This document shows, piece after piece, positions 32,325 through 41,256 of a stretch of 64,000 nucleotides of DNA. The stretch lies in assembly GCA_963707505.1 (NCBI GenBank), contig CAVPQB010000004.1, forward strand, positions 480,001 to 544,000, written 5' to 3'. The notes beneath the pieces were generated by a model. That model was not told the origin of the DNA. It searched no databases and saw only the letters and a list, made by a program, of their open reading frames with translations. The stretch is from an uncultured Gemmatimonadales bacterium (GTDB lineage: Bacteria; Gemmatimonadota; Gemmatimonadetes; Gemmatimonadales; Gemmatimonadaceae). The translations under genes and the position numbers were made by a program. Position 1 is the stretch's first letter, and each line of letters begins with the position of its first letter.

Positions 32325-34958
32325 TTAAGAAGTTCCAGCCGCGCGGTTCGTCGACCGAATCTTCACAGTGGTATCAAGCTCGTCCAGCGTCTGCAATATC
32401 TTCTGCCGTAAATCGGCGCCAAGGTTAGCGTTCGAATTGACGAACGAGCGCACTGTCGCAGCAGCCTCCGGCGTCGTCTGGCCGCCGATGAAGCCGCCAA
32501 GCCACGAGCCGATGAAAAATATGCGTCGGTTGCGCTGCAACCATGGCAGCGTATCCAACGCGGGCTTGAGATACTCGAGCGTGAGAGCCTGCTGATCGAT
32601 CTCGTTGAATGCGCCGAGGCTCGATGTAGCCCATTCCTCGTTGAGATTCGGATCGCTCAGATAGCGTGTGAAGTACTCGCGCTTGACGTTCGAGTCGGGT
32701 GTCGCTGCTCTGGCGATGAATGCGTACCGCTTGCCCTCGCTCGTCGAGTCACTCCTTGTTTCCGCCGCCAGCCTGCCCGTCGCGGTCGGTGCACCTGTCG
32801 CGACAAGATGAGTAATGATCGCCCATCGCGTCGGCGCCTTGAGTGGTGCGCCGGCTGCAGAAGCGCTGTCGAGAAGATGATCCAGATACTCGAGGCCAGC
32901 AGGCGTGTGTGTTACTCGGATCAGTGCGTCCAGATTGGGCTTTCGAATCTCATACGGCCGTGCAGTGTCGCTTTCGACGGATCGAAGTGAGGTCTCCAAT
33001 CCGGGTAGCAGTGCGGCACGTTCTGTCGGCGACAGGTACGCCTCCGTTGCACGCGTTACATGCCGCAATTGTGCGCCCAGGATCTGCTCGTCCTGCTCTG
33101 CCGGCAATGCTCGCTCGGCGATCGAGATGAATTCGGCGGGCGTGAGACCTCGGCGGCGCACCAACTCCCACAGTGCGTCCCATCCCATCGCGCGTGTTAA
33201 TGGATCCGTCAGTGTTCCAACACTGTCCGCCAGCCAGTGACCGCTCGCCGAGTCGGGAATGACGAGTGCGTACGCGTTGTCACCGGCATTGGCATAGACG
33301 AATTCCGGCGCACGCGGGTTGTTGGCGAACTGCGCGACGGTGCTATCGGAGTCCAGATTGATGAGCAGGCGATCGGTTCGACCTCCGGGATATCTCACGA
33401 GCACTTGCGTGCGAATCGGCCACGGCCCTGCGCCGGAGATTCGTTGAGCCGGGTGCTGCGCCAGAGACAGACTCTCGAGCACGCCATCGCGCACTTTCAG
33501 ATGTTGGTCGATCACCGGCATGCCAGGACGCAGAATATACGCCTCGCCCCACTTCTTGAGCGGACGCTTCGCCGCGGCTCCGACCGATGACAGAAGATCC
33601 TGCCACGTCGCGTTACCATACGCGTGCTCTACGAGATACGCATGCAGTCCGCGTCTGAACGCGGAATCTCCCACGAGATAGTTCAGCTGCTTGATGACGC
33701 CCGGCGCCTTGTTGTACACAATCGCGCCGTAGTTGCTCTTCGCCTGGTCCAGATTCGCCAGCGATTGCCAGATCGGTGTGGTTCCTTCTGTTCGGTCGAC
33801 ACCGTAAGCGCTCGGCTTGTTCTGCAGGTAGAACGTTTCCCATGCATTCGATCGCGGCTCCAGCGATGCGCGCATCTTCGCTGCCATGTACGTTGCGAAG
33901 CCTTCCTTCAGCCACAGATCGTCGAACCACTTCATGGTGACGAGGTCACCGAACCACTGGTGCGCAACTTCATGGTAAATCGTCGCCTCGCGCGAGATGC
34001 GCTGCGGCCTCGTCGCGCGCTCACGAAATATGAAGCTGTTTTCGTTGTAGAAGATCGCGCCCGGATGCTCCATTCCACCGAACGGAAAGGCTGGTGCCAG
34101 CACGAAGTCGAGCTTGGGCCATGGGTACGGAAAGTTGAAATATCCCGCGAGCCACTGCATCGCTCGGCCGTTGGCTGCGATCATCGAATCAGCTTCTGCT
34201 TCCCTGGCCCGAGAAGCGCGCACGTACATCGTGATCGGATGGCCATCTACCGAACGTGTCACGCGAGCCCACGGACCGGCTGCGAATGCTATCAGATATG
34301 TGCTGATCGGCTTGGTGCGTGCGAAGTGAACTGTCCTGGTCGTCGCTGACGAGTCCGTCTTTTGCACGGTGCCATTGCCGACTGCATTCCACTTATCGGG
34401 AATGGTGAGAGTCAGTGCGGTGCGTGCCTTGATGTCCGGCTGGTCGAAGCAGGGAAAGAGTTGATTTGCGTCCGACGGCACCAGTAGCGTGTACAGATAG
34501 TCCGCGCCGTCCGTAACGTCGTGGTATCGAATCACGCTTGCACCCGCAGGTGCGATGAGCGCCGAAAAACTCATCGATACGCTGTTCTCTCCGCGCTTGA
34601 GTGACGCGGCCGGAAGCCGGATGTGCATTCCGTTGCTGACATCCGGCGGCAGTGTCACGCCGTTCAGAATCAGAGTGCCAAGTTGCGGGCCGCGGAAATC
34701 GACTATCGCGTCGCCCGCGCCTGAACGCGTGAATGCAATTGTGACATGACCACGAGCAGTGTCGTGCGCAGTCACATCCAGCGACAGATCGTAGCGTACG
34801 TTACTGATTCGCGACGCGCGATAATCCGCAAGCTGCCGCGAGATGCCTGCACCCATCAGAGCTGACATGTTCGACGATGACGCCTGCTGCGCCGACGTCG
34901 AGCTCGTGACGAGGAGTGCCGGAGCGGCTACCGCGCCGAAAACAGTCGAGAATCGCAT
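32325..34958 (-). CDS. pepN: Secreted M1 aminopeptidase N-like metallopeptidase
   Basis: FPCFDQPD, GGMEH, HEVAHQWFGDLVT...WLKEG, IVYNK; signal STSA|Q; ERAP1-like helical C-terminus. Confidence 0.9.
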   Translation of the reverse strand: MRFSTVFGAVAAPALLVTSSTSAQQASSSNMSALMGAGISRQLADYRASRISNVRYDLSLDVTAHDTARGHVTIAFTRSGAGDAIVDFRGPQLGTLILNGVTLPPDVSNGMHIRLPAASLKRGENSVSMSFSALIAPAGASVIRYHDVTDGADYLYTLLVPSDANQLFPCFDQPDIKARTALTLTIPDKWNAVGNGTVQKTDSSATTRTVHFARTKPISTYLIAFAAGPWARVTRSVDGHPITMYVRASRAREAEADSMIAANGRAMQWLAGYFNFPYPWPKLDFVLAPAFPFGGMEHPGAIFYNENSFIFRERATRPQRISREATIYHEVAHQWFGDLVTMKWFDDLWLKEGFATYMAAKMRASLEPRSNAWETFYLQNKPSAYGVDRTEGTTPIWQSLANLDQAKSNYGAIVYNKAPGVIKQLNYLVGDSAFRRGLHAYLVEHAYGNATWQDLLSSVGAAAKRPLKKWGEAYILRPGMPVIDQHLKVRDGVLESLSLAQHPAQRISGAGPWPIRTQVLVRYPGGRTDRLLINLDSDSTVAQFANNPRAPEFVYANAGDNAYALVIPDSASGHWLADSVGTLTDPLTRAMGWDALWELVRRRGLTPAEFISIAERALPAEQDEQILGAQLRHVTRATEAYLSPTERAALLPGLETSLRSVESDTARPYEIRKPNLDALIRVTHTPAGLEYLDHLLDSASAAGAPLKAPTRWAIITHLVATGAPTATGRLAAETRSDSTSEGKRYAFIARAATPDSNVKREYFTRYLSDPNLNEEWATSSLGAFNEIDQQALTLEYLKPALDTLPWLQRNRRIFFIGSWLGGFIGGQTTPEAAATVRSFVNSNANLGADLRQKILQTLDELDTTVKIRSTNRAAGTS

Positions 34959-35124
34959 GCAAGACGATGCGGCGACTGGCCATCAATCGCAAGGCTTTCG
35001 AACGACCGTTCGATATAACTCGGCTGGCCTAACCGCCAATTGCGGCTCCAAATAGGGGGTTAGCGCGCGTCTTGCACTTTCAGCCTCGGTAGGAATCGGT
35101 ACCGAACCCATTCAGAGAGGCAAG

Positions 35125-35565
35125 ATGCTCCGCATATCGGCTTTGATCGCAGCAGTGACACTTACGGGCGCTCTGGTCGCGCATCCTGCATCAGCGCAGG
35201 ACACGACTCACCACGGTGGCGTCAATGGCGCCGCTCGAGCGGTCAGCGGCGCCGCAAAGAGCACCGGACGCGCCGTGAAATCCGGCGTAAAGACCGTCGG
35301 AAGCAAAACGCACAAGGTTCTGAAAACAGCGGGCCGGAGCACGAAATCGGCTTTATCGCATGCCGTCGGCGACACGATCCACGATCCGAATCACAAGCCC
35401 GGAGGACTCAACAAGGCGGCGCGCGACGTGAGCGCATCCATCAAGCACGTCGGACGGTCGGCGAAGGCGGGCGTGCACGAGGGAGCCAGCGACACCCACA
35501 AGGCGTTGCAGAAGACCGGCAACGACGTGAAGAAATCCGTCGGCGATACGTCACACAAGTCGTAA
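35125..35565 (+). CDS. Secreted basic Lys/His/Gly-rich protein with two internal helical repeats
   Basis: GAGG RBS; signal PASA|Q; repeats GGVNGAARAVS...THKVLKTAG...VGDT and GGLNKAARDVS...THKALQKTG...VGDT. Confidence 0.8.
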   Translation: MLRISALIAAVTLTGALVAHPASAQDTTHHGGVNGAARAVSGAAKSTGRAVKSGVKTVGSKTHKVLKTAGRSTKSALSHAVGDTIHDPNHKPGGLNKAARDVSASIKHVGRSAKAGVHEGASDTHKALQKTGNDVKKSVGDTSHKS

Positions 35566-35648
35566 CGTGGGGACGGGAGCGGTAGAGCGCGGATGCATCC
35601 GCGTCTGCCCCCCTTTAGCGCAATTGAACGCTTGCAGGTGCGCGCCGC

Positions 35649-36053
35649 CTACGCGGCGCGCACCTGCGCTCTCAGCTTTGCCTCGATCTGATGTCGCTTC
35701 TCGTCTGGTGCGCTGCCCGACACGTGCAGTAGCTCTGACAACTTCTCGGTCACAGCCATTGTAGCTGCGCCGATAATCGCATCGATCACGCCGTCCAGAG
35801 CGTTGCCCGCCCGGTCATTGATCTTTGTTGCTCCGTGCTTGACCTGATCGCGCACTTCAGTGACCGCACGACCCGTCGCTCCGGTAGTCGATAACAGCAC
35901 CCCCACTCCGAATGCAACTCCCACCAGCGTGAGCGGATGCTCGTCGACGATGCGATGCGGATCGACCTTGCGCTCTATCGCCGCGATCGTGCTGCCGAGG
36001 CGCGCGCGTGTATCGTCTATCTGGCGGCGGATCTCGTGGGATGTTTCAGCCAT
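35649..36053 (-). CDS. DUF3618-like protein
   Basis: AAGGAG RBS, then MAETSHEIRRQIDDTRARLGSTIAAIERKV, then HPLTLVGVAFGVGVLL. Confidence 0.75.
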   Translation of the reverse strand: MAETSHEIRRQIDDTRARLGSTIAAIERKVDPHRIVDEHPLTLVGVAFGVGVLLSTTGATGRAVTEVRDQVKHGATKINDRAGNALDGVIDAIIGAATMAVTEKLSELLHVSGSAPDEKRHQIEAKLRAQVRAA

Positions 36054-36445
36054 ACTGCCGTCTCCTTGATTGACTTTGTTGTTTCGTGCGGTGCGAGTCC
36101 CGAGCCGGATAGCGACCGGCCACTCCGCCATACGCACAACCAACCGATCACGCCCAGTACCGCGGCGACTATCAGTGCCGCGAGCCAGGTGCGGCCGTCG
36201 AGCAGGTACTGCGAAACGACCATGATGAGACACGCCACACCTGCGGCTGCGGCGCAAAGCGCGAACCCGATGCCGATCCCAAGCAGAATCGCTCCGCGCC
36301 GCAACTTGAGCAGTGACTCCACTGTCTCCACGCGAGCCAATCGGATCTCGTCGCGCACCAGTTCCGCGCCGCCATCGGTCAGCTCGCCCAGCAGCTCGCC
36401 GAGCGAGCGGCGGGACGCGATGTCGCGTACCCACGGCGCAGACAT
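36017..36445 (-). CDS. YqjE/holin-X-like two-TM membrane protein
   Basis: RSLGELLGEL...LVRDEIRLARVE, two TM helices, LAPHETTKSIKE. Confidence 0.8.
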   Translation of the reverse strand: MSAPWVRDIASRRSLGELLGELTDGGAELVRDEIRLARVETVESLLKLRRGAILLGIGIGFALCAAAAGVACLIMVVSQYLLDGRTWLAALIVAAVLGVIGWLCVWRSGRSLSGSGLAPHETTKSIKETAVWLKHPTRSAAR

Positions 36446-36447
36446 TG

Positions 36448-36828
36448 TTATTTCCTGGCCACGCGGCCGAGCAGAAATCCCGCACCCGCAGCAAACATCA
36501 GCGTACGCGCAGGATGCTCCCGCACCTGCTCTTCGAGCTTGGCCGTCAGCTCGTCCACGTTGACCTTGTTGATCAGATTCGATGTGACCTCGCTCGCCTT
36601 CGCCTGCAGTTGACTCATCGCATCCTCAGCGTTCGCCATCCCACGCTGCGCCGTGTCCTTCACTTTTTCTGTTGTATCGGACGTCTGATCGACCCCGAGA
36701 CTCTTGGCGAAGGAAACGTCGTCGGTCGGTCCGGTTGGTGTGTTGCCGGTCGTACTGCCCGTATTTCCTTGCGGCATGCTAGCGCCGTATCCTGCGCTCC
36801 CGGGGGTGTTCAGTTCAGGTGTCGTCAT
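36448..36828 (-). CDS. ElaB/YqjD (DUF883)-like tail-anchored protein
   Basis: GGAG RBS; helical acidic body; C-terminal VREHPARTLMFAAGAGFLLGRVARK. Confidence 0.75.
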   Translation of the reverse strand: MTTPELNTPGSAGYGASMPQGNTGSTTGNTPTGPTDDVSFAKSLGVDQTSDTTEKVKDTAQRGMANAEDAMSQLQAKASEVTSNLINKVNVDELTAKLEEQVREHPARTLMFAAGAGFLLGRVARK

Positions 36829-36934
36829 CGTACTCTCCGCACAGTGAATACAGTGTGAAAGGAATGTGGATTCGGCACGCTCGCAGCTGTCGCTTCGGAC
36901 AGCCGCGCGCCGCCGGTGCCTGCCGCGCTGGCGG

Positions 36935-36949
36935 GCATACCACATGCCA
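36935..36949 (-). promoter_or_regulatory. Putative sigma54 promoter of the elaB-like/yqjE-like/DUF3618 operon
   Basis: Minus strand TGGCATG-TGGT-ATGC; GG-N10-GC, about 107 bp upstream of ATG 36828. Confidence 0.5.
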
Positions 36950-37072
36950 TAGGCGCGCCGCGCCTCACCCAAGTGCACGATTGATCCCTCGGATTCTTGC
37001 GCCGAATAGCCGTATGTGGCGCAGGAGCTTATTTTCGGTTCACCCTCTTTTAGGAGACATACGCCGACAGCC

Positions 37073-37294
37073 ATGCCGACTCGATTTGTGGTCACATTCA
37101 CACCGCTTGGTCGCCCTGGCTACAGGGTGGGCGAGTTTCCAACTGAAGATCGCGCCCGCGCCGCCGCCGAGCGCCATGGCGCGCCTCCAAGGGGGGCAAC
37201 ACCGCGCCCTCCGCTCGAATGGGCGCCGGCACCGCAGTTCGGCGCCATCATGGCAATTGCATCGTCGGGAACGTTCGTCATCGCTCCTGCCTGA
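37073..37294 (+). CDS. Small hypothetical protein (73 aa)
   Basis: Fills the intergenic gap; AGGAG upstream but at long spacing; MPTRFVVTFTPLGRPGYRVGEFPTEDRARAAAE is protein-like. Confidence 0.5.
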   Translation: MPTRFVVTFTPLGRPGYRVGEFPTEDRARAAAERHGAPPRGATPRPPLEWAPAPQFGAIMAIASSGTFVIAPA

Positions 37295-37387
37295 CCCCGC
37301 CACCCGGCCGTACGATTTCAACAGACTTCACAGCTTTACCGTAGCACTTCCATGTAGCAGCAGATCGCACTCACCCTCACAAGTGCA

Positions 37388-39007
37388 ATGACCCATTCTC
37401 GCCGCGACTTTATCAAGACGGTATCCGCTGTTGCTGCCACGAGCGCCATCGGCACTCGTGGTCCTGGCACAGTCGACCGCCTCATCTCACCGACTGGCTC
37501 CTCCATCGGTGATCCAACCTACCGGGAGCTGACGCAGATCGCCCTCGATGCGGCGCGCGCCGCCGGCGCGACCTACGCCGACATTCGTATATCGGCCCGA
37601 CGCTCGCAGCGCATCAGCACGCGCGAGAATCGGCTGCAGGGCGCGGACGACAGCGACACACTCGGATTCGGCGTCCGCGCATTATCCAATGGCGCATGGG
37701 GATTCGCGGCGAGCAACATCCTCACCAGGGACGTCGTCGCGCAGATAGCCCGTGACGCAGTGGCGATCGCCAAGGCGAACAGCGCGGTGCAGCTCAAGCC
37801 GATCGTTCTGGCTCCCGCGCCGGCCGCGACTGGTGAGTGGAAGAGCCCCATCAAGATCGATCCGTTCGACGTTCCGATCACAGACAAGGTCGCACTCCTG
37901 CTCGAAGCAAATGCAGCCGCGCTCAAGGTTCAGGGTGCCAGGTTCGTAACCTCGAACATGTTCTTCCTGCGTGAGGAGAAGACGCTCGCGACAAGCGACG
38001 GGACCTTCGTAGTCCAGACGATCTATCGCGCGCAGCCATCGATGAACGTGACTGCCGTTTCAGCCGACTTTGCCGATTTCCAGAGTCGCCAGTCGAACGA
38101 TGTCGCACCGATGGGACTCGGTTACGAGTACGTCACCGGCGCGAACATGGTCGAGAACGCGACGCGGTGGGCCAACGAAGCGGTGCAGAAACTTTCAGCG
38201 AAATCGGTCGACGTCGGTCGCTACGATCTCGTCTTGCACCCGTCGCATCTCTGGCTCACGATTCACGAATCGGTCGCACACCCGACCGAGCTCGATCGCG
38301 CCGAAGGCTTCGAGGCCAACTACGCAGGCACCAGCTTCGTAAGTCCCCCTGAGAAGATGCTCGGCAAGCTCAAGTTCGGCTCGCCGCTCATGAACATCCG
38401 CGGTGACCGCACACAACACGGATCGCTCTCCGCCATCGGTTGGGACGACGAGGGAGTCAAGCCTGATGATTTCATGATCATCAGGAACGGGATCCTTCAG
38501 GATTATCAGACAACCCGCGAGCAGGCGATGCAGCTCGACTGGTGGTACAAGAGCCAGGGCAAGCCGACGCGCTCACATGGGTGTTCGTACGGCCAGTCAT
38601 GGCAGGATGTGCAGTTCCAGCGCATGCCCAACGTGTCGCTCTTGCCAGGCGAGAAGGACATCAGCTACGAAGACATCATCGCCGCCACCGATCGCGGCAT
38701 CGCGATCATCGGCGACGGTTCGTTCTCGATCGACCAGCAGCGCTACAATGCACAGTTCGGCGGACAGGTATTCTACGAGATCAAGGGCGGAAAGATCGTC
38801 GGCATGTTGAAGGACGTCGCATACCAGATGCGCACCCCGGACTTCTGGGGTAGCCTCGACATGATCGGCGGACAGAAATCCTACGAGCTCGGCGGTGCAT
38901 TCAGCGATGGCAAGGGTCAGCCGAGTCAGTCGAACGCGATAAGTCACGGCTGCGTTCCGAGCCGCTTCCGCAACATCAACGTCATCAACACCGGGAGAAA
39001 GGCATGA
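37388..39007 (+). CDS. tldD: TldD-family metalloprotease with twin-arginine signal
   Basis: SRRDFIK leader; GFGVRAL..GAWGFAA, HESVAH (HExxxH), DDEGV, QRMPN, SHGC. Confidence 0.9.
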   Translation: MTHSRRDFIKTVSAVAATSAIGTRGPGTVDRLISPTGSSIGDPTYRELTQIALDAARAAGATYADIRISARRSQRISTRENRLQGADDSDTLGFGVRALSNGAWGFAASNILTRDVVAQIARDAVAIAKANSAVQLKPIVLAPAPAATGEWKSPIKIDPFDVPITDKVALLLEANAAALKVQGARFVTSNMFFLREEKTLATSDGTFVVQTIYRAQPSMNVTAVSADFADFQSRQSNDVAPMGLGYEYVTGANMVENATRWANEAVQKLSAKSVDVGRYDLVLHPSHLWLTIHESVAHPTELDRAEGFEANYAGTSFVSPPEKMLGKLKFGSPLMNIRGDRTQHGSLSAIGWDDEGVKPDDFMIIRNGILQDYQTTREQAMQLDWWYKSQGKPTRSHGCSYGQSWQDVQFQRMPNVSLLPGEKDISYEDIIAATDRGIAIIGDGSFSIDQQRYNAQFGGQVFYEIKGGKIVGMLKDVAYQMRTPDFWGSLDMIGGQKSYELGGAFSDGKGQPSQSNAISHGCVPSRFRNINVINTGRKA

Positions 39008-40374
39008 GTCGGCCGAAGTCGCTATTCGGTGCCGTACCAGCCGGCATCCTTACACGCTCCGAAGCAGAAGCGCTTGGCAAGCGCGTCCTGTCATTCGCCA
39101 GGGCCGACGAAACGTCGGTCAACATCAACAGCAACGCGCGCGCGAACACGCGCTTCGCGGTGAATCAGGTTTCTACCGCTGGTGATGACACCGACACGAC
39201 GCTTTCGATCCGCAGCACATTCGGAAAGCGCTCAGCCAGCGTCACGACCAACAAGACCGACGACGCATCACTGGCGGCCGCCGTGAAGGCAGCCGAGGAG
39301 CTTGCGCGCCTGAGTGTGGAAGATCCAGAATCCATGCCCGGTCTGGGGCCGCAAACGTATCCGCCGGAGCGGTCGCAGACCGTCTCGTTCCCGGAGGCCG
39401 CAGAGCGTGCACGCGCCGTGAAGGCAGTGACCGATCGCGCGCGCGCCGCTGGATTTGTCGCAACGGGCTACATCGAATCTCGCGTGGGCACACGCGCGCT
39501 CATCAACTCGCACGGATTGTTCGCCTTCGAGCAGAGCGGCGGTTGCAGCATGACCGCAACCGTCCGTACGCCCGACGGCACCGGTTCGGGTTGGGGAGGT
39601 GCCAACGCCAACGACTGGTCAGGAATCGACGCCGATGCGGTCGGTGCGACGGCCACGGAAAAAGCAGGGAAGTCTCGCAATCCGGTCGCGGTCGAGCCGG
39701 GGCGCTATACCGTAGTGCTGGAGCCGACAGCTGTCGGAAATCTCATTCCGATCATCGCTTTCTCGGCACAGGCACGCTCGGCCGACGAAGGGCGATCGTT
39801 CTTCTCCAAGCCTGGCGGTGGAAACAAGATCGGAATGAAAGTCGCTGACGAGCGCGTCACTCTCGTTTCCGATCCCGCAGACAACATCGGCAGCAGCATC
39901 ACCGGCGACGGTCGCCCGACGGAGAAGGTGGTGTTCATCGAGAACGGAATTCTCAAGAACCTCAACTACGATCGCTTCTGGGCGCAGAAGCAGGGCAAGC
40001 AGCCAACTGGTCTCGCCTTCGGCTGCATGCGTCTCATGGGCGGCGATTCGTCCATCCCGCAGATGATTGCAAGCACCGAGCGCGGAATCCTCGTTACGCG
40101 TTTCTGGTACATTCGCCCCGTCGATCAGCGCACGATTCTGTTCACGGGTCTCACGCGCGATGGCACGTTCCTGATCGAGAACGGCAAGGTGACGCACGCG
40201 ATCAAGAACTTCCGATACAACGAGTCGCCGATCTTCATGCTCAACAACGTCGAAGCATTCGGCGCACCGGTACGAGTGAGCGCAAGTGAAGACAGCAGCC
40301 CCGGCGCAGCGATCATCATGCCGCCGCTCAAGATCCGTGATTTCAACTTCACCAGCCTGAGCGACGCAGTGTAG
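39004..40374 (+). CDS. PmbA/TldE-family partner subunit
   Basis: ATGA overlap with tldD; NTRFAVN, EPGRYTVVLEP, ERGILVTRFWY, TGLTRDG; no HExxxH and no signal peptide. Confidence 0.85.
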   Translation: MSRPKSLFGAVPAGILTRSEAEALGKRVLSFARADETSVNINSNARANTRFAVNQVSTAGDDTDTTLSIRSTFGKRSASVTTNKTDDASLAAAVKAAEELARLSVEDPESMPGLGPQTYPPERSQTVSFPEAAERARAVKAVTDRARAAGFVATGYIESRVGTRALINSHGLFAFEQSGGCSMTATVRTPDGTGSGWGGANANDWSGIDADAVGATATEKAGKSRNPVAVEPGRYTVVLEPTAVGNLIPIIAFSAQARSADEGRSFFSKPGGGNKIGMKVADERVTLVSDPADNIGSSITGDGRPTEKVVFIENGILKNLNYDRFWAQKQGKQPTGLAFGCMRLMGGDSSIPQMIASTERGILVTRFWYIRPVDQRTILFTGLTRDGTFLIENGKVTHAIKNFRYNESPIFMLNNVEAFGAPVRVSASEDSSPGAAIIMPPLKIRDFNFTSLSDAV

Positions 40375-40422
40375 GACATCGTGTGCGGTAGTGCCAGGAT
40401 GCATCCTGGCACTACCGCTCCG

Positions 40423-41076
40423 TCACCGGTACACGCGCTCCTCATATCCGAACACACAAACCGCCGCCACTGTAACCCCCGCCAGCAATCCGGCGACTAC
40501 ATCGGTCGTCCAGTGTCGGTCCAGATAAAGCCGCCCCGCTCCTTCGAGCACTGGAATCATGGCGGCGATGGGAAATGCAATTCGTGGATCCGCAATTCCC
40601 TCACGCCATAACACGTGCGCCGCCGTCAGTGCCACTGATGCGGTTTCGAGCGTGTGCCCACTCGGGAAACTCTGCTCTCGTCGCGCGTGACGACCAGGAG
40701 GCGGCGTGCGATGTTTCAACAGCCAGTCGCAGGATTTGCTGACGCTCGTTGCAAGAGTATTCGCGAGATTGATTGCGCGCGACCCTTCCAGCGACCCGCG
40801 ATGCTCGATGTAGCTGGCCAGCAGGGCCGTCACAGGACCGTGCACCCACGGTTTGCCGGAATACCCAAGCGCCTGCACAGCCATTTTGGAACGTCGTCCG
40901 TGGCGAGTACCGATTTTATCTCGGACGGCACCGTCGAATCGACTTGTCATTCGTCTCGCAACAAGCCCTGAGACAACTGCAAACCCAGCGGCGCCGCCAA
41001 GCGCGGTTGCCGCGATGGGCGCTCTTGGAATTCTGTGTCGTGCACGAGGCCGATGCATGATATCGCGTACGCGCAA
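40423..41076 (-). CDS. PAP2-family membrane phosphatase
   Basis: SFPSGH and RLYLDRHWTTDVVAG motifs. The start codon is uncertain. Confidence 0.85.
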   Translation of the reverse strand: MRVRDIMHRPRARHRIPRAPIAATALGGAAGFAVVSGLVARRMTSRFDGAVRDKIGTRHGRRSKMAVQALGYSGKPWVHGPVTALLASYIEHRGSLEGSRAINLANTLATSVSKSCDWLLKHRTPPPGRHARREQSFPSGHTLETASVALTAAHVLWREGIADPRIAFPIAAMIPVLEGAGRLYLDRHWTTDVVAGLLAGVTVAAVCVFGYEERVYR

Positions 41077-41256
41077 GAGCTATTCCACACACTTCCGTTG
41101 ACAACGGTCGTCGCGACTGGTGCTGGTGCTGGTGCTCGTGTAGGTGTCGGCGATGCAGCGCGATGTTTTGCCCCATCCTACGCGCTCGGGCCACAGCCGG
41201 TGCTAGCGCATGATGGAAGATTGCTTTCCGACCTCCGGACAGCATCGACGACCACC

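Noticed and set aside
36017..36445. Holin-like gene as evidence of a prophage
   Set aside because: The YqjE/holin-X family is commonly chromosomal next to DUF883/DUF3618 genes; no endolysin or phage structural genes are present.
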